The position numbers were made by a program, and so were the translations under genes. Below, in pieces: positions 1 to 12,557 of a stretch of 64,000 nt of DNA (positions are counted from its first letter, which is position 1; the number at the start of each line of letters is the position of its first letter). The notes below the pieces were generated by a model. The model was not told the origin of the DNA and searched no databases. It saw only the letters and a list, made by a program, of their open reading frames with translations. The stretch lies in the NCBI RefSeq assembly GCF_009914755.1, contig NC_060928.1. One strand, given 5' to 3'. The DNA comes from the human T2T-CHM13v2.0 reference genome, Homo sapiens.

Positions 1-640
1 TTTCATTGTAGACATTTGAAATGATACCAAAGTATACATAGATTTAATGTATATATAGATTTTCCCCATCACAACACCTCTACTCTTCCTGCTCCTACTT
101 GGGCTAGTTACTTTTATCAGTTTGACATGTATTTTTTCCAGTGGTCCAGTGGAGCCTTTTAAAATATACACACCCATCTTCATGATGCACATGTGCACAT
201 GTACCATATAGACTCATGTATGGCTGCATTGTTATTATCTTGGGGGGTCAAAATTGGATTGTGTAATACAGAGTATGTCCAGCTAGCTTTTAACCCAGTG
301 ATATATCATGGACATACTGCGTGTTAGTAATGTTCCATACTAGGCTATACCAAAAGATATTTAAAGAGAACTAGGTTTTTTCTTAAACAAACTAATTAGT
401 ATCCAAAATTGTTATTCCCATACACTAACTCCACTGGAATGTGAATTATTTGCATTCTCAATGTGCAACCTTTCTAAAAATATACCTTTTTTTTTTTTTG
501 GCGGCGGGGATAGGTTCACTCTTTCTCATTTGTTTTTAGAGCCAGCTTAGAAAATCTATCTCTTTGCTTTGGGATCTCAGAGCAAATGGGGCATGTATTT
601 TTGGTTTTACGTATATAGTAGTTAAAAAAAGAGAGCCCAT

Positions 641-1688
641 TGTGGAAAGTGGAATTCTATTGTAGCCCTCAAGATTCCCACCCTTAGTACATATACCTGC
701 ATAATCCTCTCACCTGGAGTGTGAGTGATTTGTGATTATGATGGAATTTCAATCTAGGGATTAGATTATGTTATATGGGAAAGATGTAATTAAGGTCCCT
801 AATCAGTTAACTTTGAATTAATCAAAAGGGAGATTATCTCAGGTAAGCCTGAAACAATCAAATAGCTCATTTAAATCTCAGTCTAGAAGTCAGAAACAGA
901 AGATGTCAGACATATTCAAAGCTGTACATGTTCTCCTATTGGCCTTGACTGAGCAAACTGCCCCGTTGTAGAGAGGACCATACAGCAGGGGATGTCAAGC
1001 AGCCTGTGAGCTGAGAGCAAATTCTGGAAGACAGCCAGCAAAAATGGTGGGACCTCAGTCATATGCCCTGAAGGAACTGAATTGAGCCAACAGCCAGTGA
1101 GCTTGGAAGAGGACCTAGAGCTGAGACTGTTTTGTAGTCCTGGCCAGCATCTTGATTTCAGCTTGGTGAGATGCAGAGAAGATTCAGCTAACTCATGTAA
1201 GCTTTGACCCACAAGAACTGTGAGATAATAAAGTCGTATTATTTTAAGTTGCCAAGTGTAGTGGGTTGAATTGTGGCTGCCAAAAATATGTCTACTTGAC
1301 CCTCAGAATCTGCTTTTATTCAGAAATAGGATCTTTGCATGTAATTAAGGTAAGGATCTCAAGATGAGATGATCCTGAATGAGTGTGGGCAGAGAAGGTG
1401 ATAACAGAACAGACAGAAAGAAGAAGGCTTTGTGAAGGAGGAGGCAGGGAATGGAGCTGTGCATCCCCAAGCCAAGGAGCAGCAATGGCTGCTGGCAGTC
1501 ACCAGACACTGAAGACAATCATGGAATGGTTTCTCCTGCAGAATCTCCAAAGGGAACCAACTCTACTGACACCTTGGTTTGGAATTTCTGCCTTCTGGAA
1601 CTATGAGAAGATGAATTTCTATTGTTTTAAGCTTTTGTGGTAATTTAAGTTTGTGGCAATTTGTCATATATAAATAGAAAAGTAATAC
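641..1688 (+). mobile_element. MaLR solo LTR (MLT1E/F-like), interrupted near its 3' end by a second MLT1 LTR
   Basis: Starts TGTGG; contains MLT1 motifs gatgtaattaaggtccctaatcagtt, aatcaaaagggagattatc and gaactgtgagataataaa; ends gtttgtggcaatttgtc...agtaatac. Confidence 0.75.
1257..1646 (+). mobile_element. MLT1B/C-like MaLR LTR nested in the older MLT1
   Basis: Starts tgtagtgggttgaattgtgg; contains aagccaaggag...caccaga and gacaccttggtttgga...ctggaactatgagaagatgaatttctattgttttaagc; its own terminal bases appear lost. Confidence 0.75.
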
Positions 1689-4600
1689 TCAATATTAAAA
1701 TGCCAGATTTTGTTCCCTCTTTATCAAGATCACAGATGCATCTCACATGGCAATAACTGGCTAGGGAGGCAACCCTTGCTGTTTCCTTGGGTATGAGTGC
1801 TCTGGTCCTTTCCATGGGCCACAACACTCTTGTAATGTTGTCAAGCACAGTTATACCTGGTCTGCTTCTTTATCTTCCTGGCCCTTATAGGCATTTGCAG
1901 TTTGACCTTTGCTTTACAGCTTCACATTTTTTAAACCTCAAACAATATAATGCATTTATTAGCACTTGATTTCTTCTCAGGATTGAAAACACTCCCCAGC
2001 AGCATTGAAGATACTCAGAAGAGAACACTGTAGATGATAAAGAGAATTCTAAGGTAGTTCCAAAACTGTGTTGTACAGAGGAATCTTTTCAGAGCAGCTA
2101 TGGCCAAACCCACCCTACACTGTCCATGAGATGAGGTGGCTCTTTGCACTATAGACTTACTTATTTTTCAGTACAGAATGTTAATAATTTTCTAAAATTT
2201 ATGTTACTGTTTCCTGCCCCTAAGCTATCATACCATAACAGAATATAGCGTAATCCTAATTTTAGTGGAAACTGAACTTGTCAAAGACAAGCTGATCTTT
2301 CAAAGATACCTTCTGGGTGAATCCACTTTGAGTTAGGTTCATAGTTCCTATTCTGGAGTCTGCTGAGTCTAGTTTCTCCCTTTCATACCTGGGTCGGTGA
2401 CAAGATGCAAAATACCCCCTCTGTTTCTGCAGAATGGGTTTCTCCTTTGTGAAAATGATTCCTGGCTGAAGCATATGCTGAGCCTCAGGGTCTCCATTTC
2501 TTCCTGCCTCCAGCAGTAGAGTGCAACTTACACCTGTCACTCACTCAAAAGGCCAAAAATTCACCCATGGTTTCAATATTTGTTTTTCTGCCAATAGTGA
2601 GCATCATTTACTAAAACAGTTAAAAAGAGATGTCCAAAAGCATTTTCAATGCTGAAAAGTGTTTTCAAGTCCTCTTAAGGGCAAACTAACTAGTATAGTG
2701 GAGAACCAACATTTTTGAGGAGTTCACAAAGTTCCGAGGGAAAATGATGGTATTTAATAATTATGATAGGGAATAGAATTCTTTTTAGTTTGAATTTTAA
2801 AGTGAGTGGAGAATAAAAGCTGAGCCACTGTCACTTAGGGACGTATGAGTATCCAAAAGTTGTGTTTTGATGGTAGCTGTGATTGAATATCAATAAGAAT
2901 TCCAAGTTCAGGTTCACTGCTTCAAACACTCTTACTGTTTGCTACTAATCCAGCACTGGAGGGTGGGCAAGCCTATGTCTGGCAAACAAGACATTGCTGT
3001 TTTTCCCAAGTCCCCTGCAGCTTGTTGTAAGTAGGTTTGTCTCATGATCAACAATACCTGTTCAGTAACTATTGAGTGTTCTCTGGGTGCCTAGATTTGT
3101 GTGAAGGCATTTTATTTGTAAGATTGATTTTGTCACTTATTTCATTTTTCTTAAGGAAAAGGAATCTCTGCTATTATTCTTCATGAAATACAAATAATTA
3201 TACTTAATTTACTGTCTTCTCAATTTGAGCTGGAAAAGGAATAGAAATATATATATTACACTATCTCCCAAATAATCCATCCCTAAATATGTCATCTTAA
3301 ATTTATTACATTTCTGAGCTGATTGGCTCTTCTCTTAGGGCCATTGAATAAACTGGTCTTCTTTGTCCTTGTGTCTGTCTTTTAAAAGTTTCAGATTTCA
3401 TCTCCACTTTGAACTTGCAGCTTTCTTAATGGGATTACAAAGGAAAGGGTCAGGCCCGAGAGCAAAAGAGTGCAAACAGGTGAGGACGTTGGAGACAGAG
3501 ATTTAAATGGAAATGAAAGTAATAAATTTGTCAAATACATTTGACACATATATTAGACAAAGACATCTATTTCTAAAGCTTTTCAGAGGACTTCTGTGTA
3601 GCGCCCATGGTACGTCAGTTTGTTGACAAAGAAAACAGAAAGTAAAATATTTGTGAGGTTTGTTAGGAGAGTGGCTAAGGTAACTACTTCTCACCTCAAG
3701 ACAACAGCAAAATTCAATCGTGTTGTGATGCAGAAGAGTTGGGTATTATTTTTTTCCCCTTTTTCACTTATTTTAGAAATTTTATTCATTCTGTCAATTG
3801 AGAAAGAGAGATGTAAAATATTCAATTTGGGAAATCTTAGAAGAATGTTCTAAATTTTTTACTTTAAAATTTTACAGGTTTGGCTGTGGATTAAAGACAA
3901 ATTTAAACAGTCTCCTGTTCTAACCCTTTCTGTGTTCAAATTTTCTGCATTATCTTGACTCTTTGGAATTTTATTTATTCATCATTCAAAAGTAAAGACA
4001 AACGATGCAGTGAACAAGGAATCATTTTCTTTTGTGGGTGTTTCATTTTTGGCTTCTTAGAACAGTACTGGGGCCAATACTAATTAGTTGTCATTGTTTG
4101 TTTTCATTCTCCACCAAGGTGGGTGGATAGAAGATCAGCTTTCATGTTGCTGTTTTTATTTATTATTTTACTTTTTCTTAGGTTGAAAAACCCTGTCTTT
4201 TCTGTTTTACTCATTGTGACAAAAATGTGCTTAATTAAACATAAGATTTTACAGATGCTTCAACAAATGTTTTTTGGTACAAAAGCACCTATCTTCCTGA
4301 AAGAAGGGAAGCTTTTTCTTCCAACTTTCTTTCTTCATTTAAATAAAATAAAAACAACTGGCGATGTTTCTTCCATCCACATGTGTAAGTAGCAGGAGGC
4401 ATGAATGTATGCTACAACACAAATTTAAATTCGATTTATTTAGAAGTCTCATGAACACAAAGAAAAATTAATCCAATAGGATATTATACAAAATAATATT
4501 CCATTACACATATATAATAGCTATTTATATTAATAGAAAAATACTTATATTGAAGATAGTGGAGAAACACTTAAATTCTTTTGACAGTAGTGTATAATGT

Positions 4601-4739
4601 CATCTGATGACATTAAACATTGGTGGAAGAAAATGTTGAAAATAATTTTATTTAATGAAGATCTATGTTTTACACCTCACTGGCGCATTTTCTTTTAATA
4701 TTGAAGTTTCAAAAGAAGAGTTTTACATGCCACTCCAAT

Positions 4740-4880
4740 GAGTAAACACCCTTTAACTTATCCCCAGAGCTTTCACATCCATGGTCCTTCATGATTCTCT
4801 CTGCCTCCCTCTCCAGTCAAATCTCCCTCTACCACACCACGTGTGTCCTGTACTCCAGACATCATGCAGATTGCCATCCA
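4740..4880 (+). mobile_element. L2 LINE fragment, 5' part of a split copy
   Basis: catgattctctctgcctccctctccagtcaaatctccctc...ctccagacat resembles the L2 3' region. Confidence 0.5.
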
Positions 4881-5582
4881 TTTATCACCCCCTCCCCCTC
4901 CTCTCCTCCACTTCTTTCTCTTCTTCTTGTGTTATTGGATTCAAATTTCCTATACCTGTCATATCCTTTCCTGTTGAAGATGCTTCTTATTAAATGTAGT
5001 CTTATAATTTTATGATTTACAAATAGCAAAAAGCAAATGACTTTTTAATTCACTTATGTTACATATACATTGTGGTAATAACTACAACTGGAAAATTTGG
5101 GTATTGAGTTCTGATGGGAGGGATTGACAGGCTACCCTAGAGTTTGTGAGCAGCTCATAATGAGGACACTGTTAAGCTAGATTGGAAAAATTCCTATGTG
5201 AGATATGGGCCCAATATTCTATCAGTGAAACCCATTCCAACATGTATAGTAAACCACTCTTGCAGCAGAATTAGGTTTATGCAGGTTTATTTGTAAGTAA
5301 ATACCTGACGATGACCATTTCAACTGATGACACAGATAAAATGCCCAGACACAATGTCACAACATCATCTCAAAAAGAAAAAATGAGAAAAGCCACGTGT
5401 CTCCTTTATACTCTATATAAATGGTACTCAAAATCAACCAACCAACAAACCAGAAATGTATCTATATATCATGTGGGTTCCCTACCTTGGCCTGGCAAGA
5501 TGATTATCGAAGACTGGTGAAGGTCGTGCACATGAGAAGCAGGACATTATCTCCTCGCTTTTATGGGGGGGGCATAGAAAAC

Positions 5583-5965
5583 GCCTTCCAGCTTTCAAAT
5601 TGTATTATAATGTTTCAGGCCACTCTACTTTCAATGCAGAGTCCCTTCTATCCAGAGTGTCCCTTTCCATTTCTTCTTCTCAAATTCTGCTTATCTTTCA
5701 AGTTTCAAGTCTAGCATCATCTCCTGCAGGAAGCATTCTCTGGACTCTCCACAATCATTAGTGTGACTTCTCATCTCAGGCAGCAAGCTGCATGAACATT
5801 TGTCATAGGAATTACTGGCTGCTATAATTTTGATTTACTGTATCTCTTTTGGACCACGAGCTATTCTGGGGAGAAGACCTTTCTTTTTTCCAGCTTTGTA
5901 TCTATTATACCTAGCAGAGAGCCTTTCATAGAGAGGTATTAATATGAATTGGTTGAATGAATGAA
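5583..5965 (+). mobile_element. L2 LINE 3' end
   Basis: catcatctcctgcaggaagcattctctg...cctagcagagagcc and terminal ttgaatgaatgaa, typical of L2 tails. Confidence 0.7.
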
Positions 5966-6266
5966 ACTGCTAATGCAATGGACTTATTTAATTATAGACA
6001 CTAGTTGGCCAAAGAAGCTAATCAACATAATGAGATGGAGTTCATGGCATTTATCTTAAAATAACTCTGATCTCAGAAGTCCATTTAAATTACACATTTC
6101 AAATTAAAATCGTGGAATTAATTTCTCCCCTTTTCATTTACAAATTCTGTACTGAATAACCCTATAATTGAGTAGAATTAAGAGAAATATTAGTTCCCAT
6201 GTTTTTGACTTAATGAACTTATTTTTTGTAGTCAGTTCTGATATTATAACCTCCTATTCTGGCCAA

Positions 6267-6539
<273 letters not shown>

Positions 6540-6680
6540 ATATTTATGGATAAATCACTATGTGCCAAAACCCCCCTGGTGAAGCCCTGAAGATATATAG
6601 CAGTTAACAAAACAACATCCCTGCCCACATAGAACTTACATTCTGAGGCGGAAGACACATAATGAGCCAAACACATACAT
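6540..6680 (-). mobile_element. L2 3'-end fragment
   Basis: atatttatgg...cactatgtgcc...gatatatagcagttaacaaaac...ccctgcccacatagaacttacattct. Confidence 0.6.
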
Positions 6681-8128
6681 GTATAGACAGACAGAGACTC
6701 TCCTTTTGAGGAAATGTGTTTTATGGGCTTTGGGTTTTATTGGAAACTATTAAGAAGCAGCTATCATTTAGCAGAAGCAGCTACTAAAATACTGAAACAT
6801 CTAATTCAGACCCCAGACTCCTGTTTGCTCCTCTTGGGGATGCTAAACTACAGAAGTTAGGAGAGTCATCATGACCAGAAAGACTAAGCCTTCTTTTTCT
6901 ATGAGAAAACAAACATGGATGTTTTGAATTCTTTACTATAAAATAGACTGAGTGTGGTTCTGAATATGGTCACAAAATTGTCTGGCTCTGTGAATCCACG
7001 GCACTATAAAATTAAGCTTTCTGGTAAAAGAACTGTTTCTTTAACCTTAAAAATGGTGGGGGCTGTATTTTTTTCCACCATCATAGCCCCTTTTCTCCTC
7101 ACCCCTTTCTTTGGTGCTCTTGGCAATAAGCCCTTTTACTACACAGGTTTTCCAGCAGGTAGTATCTATTATTTTTAGCTTAGTTAATGGCTTACTTACA
7201 AACCAGTGAGTCTAAATTATAAAAAATGAGGAATGACTCACATTCATTAAAATGAATTCTGATACATTTGGCTAGTCGCATGAAACAGGGGTACATAATG
7301 AGGCGACCGGAGGACACGGAATTCATTAATCCATGAGGTGGCAGTGATGCCAAGCAGAGACAGGCAGACATTTCTCTTAGGTCTCATGTGGTCAAAGTAA
7401 TTATTTCTTTAAAAGATCTGCAGTTTGTGAACATTTGTTACTCTTGGAGGAATCTCCCTACCGAACTTAGTAAGAGAAAATTCTTAAAGGAATTAATCCA
7501 GATGCAGGAGATATTATGGTTTATAGTATCCATTTTATTCTCTGGTTTCTGTTAGATGTCACTTAACACCTGCTGATTCAGCAGTTCTTTCCATTTATTT
7601 GGATTTCAGCAGGGGAGCTGCCTGGGCATCACTGGGCAAGGGCTGAGGACAGTAGTGAGATAGCTCGGGACTTGCTTTTGTCCACAGATTTGGATTGTCA
7701 GATATTCTTGCTCATTTACTTCATGGAATGGAAACAACAACAGCCAACTTTCTCTTTCTCTCCTCTCTCTCTCTCTCGCTTTTCCCACATCTGTTTTGCA
7801 GAGGGGTGTGTGTTATTTGGAAAAGTTATCTCAACAGAACCCATGTTATTATTCGTCAGGCCATTTCCCCAAAACACCTTCTCTGCACAATCCAATCTCA
7901 AAGTAAAACAAAATAAAATTAGCCAGTTAAGTCAGACTATTGATTTAACTGAATATTTTCAGACTGAATTGGTTTATCTTCTAAATAAATTAATGGCCAA
8001 AATAGTTGATCTGGTTACATGCGTAAGGAAAATCATAGATAGGGACCAGATGTAATTACCTTTTCAAAAGGACCATGTTTTGGAAGAATATGGATTTACT
8101 GAGGTGGCTGGGACACCGAGAAATGAGG

Positions 8129-8483
8129 TGTATTAGTCCATTTTCATACTGCTGTTGAAGACATACCTGAGCTTGGACAATTTACAAAAGATAGAGGTTT
8201 AATTGGACTTACAGTTCCACATGGCTGAGGAAACCTCACCATCATGGTGGAAGGCAAGGAGGAGTAAGTCACATCTTACGTGGATGGCAGCAGGCAAAGA
8301 GAGAGATTGGGCAGGTAAACTCCCCCTTATGATACCATCAGATCTCATTAGACTTATTCACTATCATGAGAACAGCACTAGGAAGACCTGCCCCCCTGAT
8401 TCAATTACCTCCCACTGGGTCCCTCCCACAACGCATGGGAATTCAAGATGAGATTTGGGTGGGGACACAACCAAACCATATCA
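8129..8483 (-). mobile_element. THE1 (THE1A/B-like) MaLR solo LTR
   Basis: tgtattagtccattttcat...gatgagatttgggtggggacacaaccaaaccatatca, the reverse complement of the THE1 consensus. Confidence 0.93.
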
Positions 8484-8651
8484 TTAAGAGATTGTCTTGT
8501 TAAATTCAGAATTTCAGCAATGTTTTAGCTTCCAGTGGAAGTATCTAAATAATTCAAACAATCCCTGATTCAAGACAAACTTTATCCATGCTCTTAAGCA
8601 CAAGCTCCTGAAATTCAAAATATAAAGAACAATATATATGAAGAAATTATG

Positions 8652-8710
8652 TCCTATCTCTATTATCTATCTATCTATCTATGTATCATCTATCTATCTA
8701 TCTATATCTC
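8652..8710. repeat. (TCTA)n microsatellite
   Basis: Imperfect tatc/tcta array. Confidence 0.85.
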
Positions 8711-10394
8711 TTCATAAGAAATTCCAACAAGTGATTTCTATCCACTATTTTTCTGGACCATCCAAATTCATATATGTGTGATAGTTGACATTGATTACTG
8801 ACTGATTTGAATAATTTATTAAAGAAAAAAGCTGCTTAGGCAGTATAACCTCTAATCCACATATTGTTTCATTTATGTGCAAAAATGAGGGAGTCAAAAC
8901 ATTCATTAGAATTTTCATTTAAGGAGCCAATAGCACAAATAGACATAAGGGTATATATTAATTAACACTTATCTGTGTTTGGAAAGTCTTTAAATGATGG
9001 AGACTTTGTACTTGATCTACACAAAAAATGCAATTGTCAAAAATTTGTGTCTTGTTTTCACTGCATAACTGTGTCTATAGGATCTTTCGTATTTAAGTAG
9101 ACTAGCTGCAAAGGGAAGCAAAAGCTTAATTACTTCCCCACCTCAATAAACTACCTCTTACCTCCTTCCTTTCAATTCCCTTCCATCTAACCTGCGGATA
9201 CAGGATTAAAGTGGCCCTTTATTTTTCTTCTATTGAATGTACCATAGATTCAAATCTGCAACTATTCAAGAATGCGAAATCCTAAAAATGATCTCCTTTC
9301 ACACATTTGCAAATCACTTCCATGTTTTCAACTAAATGAAATTCTACTGAGTGGTTTACTGTGTGCAAAACTTTGCAAGAAAGAGAGAACCTGAGTATTG
9401 TAAAGTCACAGGTCTGATAAATCAAGGAGTTACAACCGTGGACCCCTTCCTTCCTGATATCTTCCTTTTCTTCCTTTCTCCTTGCCAACTTCCCAAAAGT
9501 AACTGAGGAAATATAAATGAACAGATTTCAATTTGGATTGAACTTGCTTCTTACTGCCAGCCCATTTGGGGCAAGTCATTGTTCTATACTAACTGAGAAG
9601 TTAAGCACAGCAGAGAGATCTCAAAGGATAATGGCTTAGATAATGGCAAGCTACAAACAAAAATAGTGGCAGCATCCAGGGTGGCTCAGTGGGGAAGTTA
9701 GGCTCCCTCTTGACCGCTATAATTCCCTCTTCATTGACCATTTTTATTCCTCATATCATGTAAAGTACTATCTCTAGAAGCTCCAGACTCCCCCTCCCAA
9801 TCAACTTTCTCCTGCACAGAAATATTGGACCTGACATTGGACCTAGAAAGTTTCTGTCTCTAACAGTGTGAATGAAAACAATGGGGACAAATTAGAGTTT
9901 TGTTTGAATTGAATGAATAAAGCATTCGATAATGTATCAGCCATGCTTGAGGATGCAGCAAGGGATCTCATCCCTGCCATTAAAATATGCATTGTATATC
10001 TGAGAAATGTTTCTCCTCAGTGGGCTATGTCAACACATAAATGTGCTTTTAAATCTACATGCAAAAATAATCATGATGTGGATTGATAAGAATTCTGAAG
10101 AAGACTGAGGCTACATATTAATCTGGGAAACTCTGCCCACAGTCAAAGATTTTCACTAGAAACTCAAAGCTCAAACTCCATATTATTTTTTTTCTGAAAC
10201 CATACAAATGCTGTATCCAATAATCAAGAAAGAAAGGAAAGGGATTCAATCAGAATTCAGTGGGACACTAAGAAAGTAGTAGTCAGAATTTGACACTTCA
10301 TGTAAATCAAGTTCAAAACCAAACAGAAAAAAGGGTTCTTTCTAAGTATCACTGTATGTTTAAGTATAAATCCGCATTCACATGGATATGTAAC

Positions 10395-10750
10395 TGTGAT
10401 TTTTTTTTTCCTCCTTACTGCATCAACTCTGTTAAGCTGGAACCATATTTTCCTGAATTCTTTTGCTTGTGTAAATTCAGTTAGGGTTGGCCACAGGAGA
10501 AATTTGTGTGAGATTTGGAAGTAGACTTTATGCCCTATTTGTCTGTGTGGGCTCCAGGCACCCCTGCAGATCACATGTTCCCCCTGATCTGCTGGCTCGC
10601 CAGATTGTCATTGGGAAGCAGCAGGGTTTGCAGCTCCTCCAGCTCTTGTCTGGTTGATCTCCTCCTGCAGCTCTTCAATTTCTGGACCAGGTGCATGAAA
10701 GACTTGTGGCAAAGGGTACCAGCTTCTTCAGTGGGTAACCCGCATTGTCA
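10395..10750 (+). mobile_element. 5' LTR of the ancient ERVL; its 3' half, the PBS and the start of gag are deleted
   Basis: Homologous to 15515-15910 (e.g. ttggccacaggagaaatttg vs ttggccacaagagaaatttg), then switches directly into gag-like sequence. Confidence 0.8.
10540..10740 (-). pseudogene. Apolipoprotein A-IV-like coding fragment captured in the 5' LTR
   Basis: Minus-strand translation across frameshifts gives LKKLVPFAT...QELEELQTLLLPNDNLASQQIRGNM...LQGCLEP; recalled APOA4 reads QKKLVPFAT...[35 protein letters not shown]. Confidence 0.75.
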
Positions 10751-12368
10751 AAGTCCTTGCCTGGAAAACCTGCATTCGTCTCCCCTGTAATAATTGCCTG
10801 TCTGGGGACTGCGGATCCTCTTCAGAGCCTGCCTCCACCATGTCTTATTGCTTCTAGGCCTGTAATTAAAATCCTGTCTTGGCAAGGCTCCAGGGGTACC
10901 TGTAAAGGCAAACAAATAAAATATTTGCCTATAACAACAAACAAAATTATTATCCAACATACCTGGAAACATGTTTCCAGGTATGGTGATATAAATTGGA
11001 TAATAATGAGAATGGATCCTAAGGGTGTTAGATAAGGATCAAAGACCATATTAGTCTCAATTTGCTGATATGGGTGCACTTAAAAGAGATTGTAGATTCA
11101 ATGTGTTCGCAGCTGGGAATGGCTCTAATAGTCATCTTGGTTAGAAGAGTGAACTTCCTTGGTACTCTGGAGATGGTGGTACCCATCCAAGGTTGGAATA
11201 CTGAAGAGGACCTGCTCATTCACCTCCCTACTATGTCTGGAGGACATTCTCTCACTCAGGCTTTGCAGCATACATCTGTGAGGGAGCTCCAGGTTGGGTA
11301 TTCCTAGTAGTCCAGAAATATCAGTGGATACTACTGCAATTTGACTCGAAATTCAGTGGGGATGATGTGATCCTGTGGTGACAGGGACCAAGTTGTGGCA
11401 CTTAATGGCTGGAGACAGAGTGGTTTGGCCCACAGAGAACTTTGAGTTGGCCAATAGAGTATGACTAGAACAGAAATAGGTTGGCAGACTTTAAAAATAT
11501 TTGATATATATACGGTAACAATTTTTTCTAATGGATGGAAGTCTAACTTTAATCATTATAATGATCATGCCTTTCAGCCACTTCCAGAATTGAGCTGATT
11601 TATAGACCCAGAGCCCCTGAATGAAGGGGAGGCCAGGACATACATGAGGAAGCATCCTGCTTTACAGCCAAAAGTTTACACTGTAAATGTTCTTCCCCAG
11701 CTTTGCCCTGAAGGGACACATGGCCATTTCTCAGAAGAATTGTTGGTCCCTGGCTCTGATCTTAATTTTTGGAGACAAAGAATATCACTGTGATCCACCA
11801 CTCAGAGTAAAGACCAAAGGATGTTAGGTGAACACTTCTTTCCTCTCACAGGCCTGCTTTCCTCTTACAGTGGGTCCAGGGGGCCCCCAAACCTACACTG
11901 GGGTGATTTCCTCACTTATAAATACGTAGATAGAATAATAGACTCAACTATTGGCAGAATCTTGACACTGATTCCCATAACCTATGCAGTTAGGGCTATT
12001 ATGATAGAACAGACCAAGAACAAGCGAAAGTCACTGGAAGTGACTCTACCTACCCAAATGGTAAACCAAAAGCAAATGGCTTTCTGGAGAAATTGCAAAA
12101 ATTATTGCCAATATCAAAGGCTTGAAAAATACAGGGTTGGGGATCTCTACTTAACATGCCTATTTGGCCAGTGCAGAGGACTAATATTGCAGTATGTAGT
12201 GAGTGACTACAACCTTAAAAAGGTAGTAACTCCAATTCCAGCTGCTATTTCAGATGTATTTTCTTTCTGGAGAAAAATCGGTGCCAGGTATGCATACAGC
12301 TAATGTTCTGACAAATACTTTTTATTCTATGCCATTTAGCAAAAATCTCAGGAACAGTTTGCTTTCAG

Positions 12369-12557
12369 TTGAAAGGGCTACAATATATCTTCACTGTCCT
12401 ACCTCAAGGCTATACTAACTCTTCAGCCCTATGTCATAATGTGGTCCACAGGGAGCTTAATTGCCTCACAATTCAAAAGAACATCATGGTAGGCCATCAC
12501 ATTGTTGATGTCATGCTGATTGAACTTATGAGCAGAAGTAGAAGCTACTCTGGATAA
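12369..12557 (+). pseudogene. pol: Degenerate ERVL reverse transcriptase fragment
   Basis: YIFTVLPQGYTNSSALCHN...HHIVDVMLI (decayed YIDD box), colinear with 33140-33592. Confidence 0.85.

Noticed and set aside
2262-2540. 92-aa minus-strand ORF in unique sequence
   Set aside because: No recognisable domain, non-ATG start, and a length expected by chance.
8124-8488. TSD for the THE1 LTR at 8129-8483
   Set aside because: Flanks tgagg and ttaag match only 3/5, so I do not claim a TSD.
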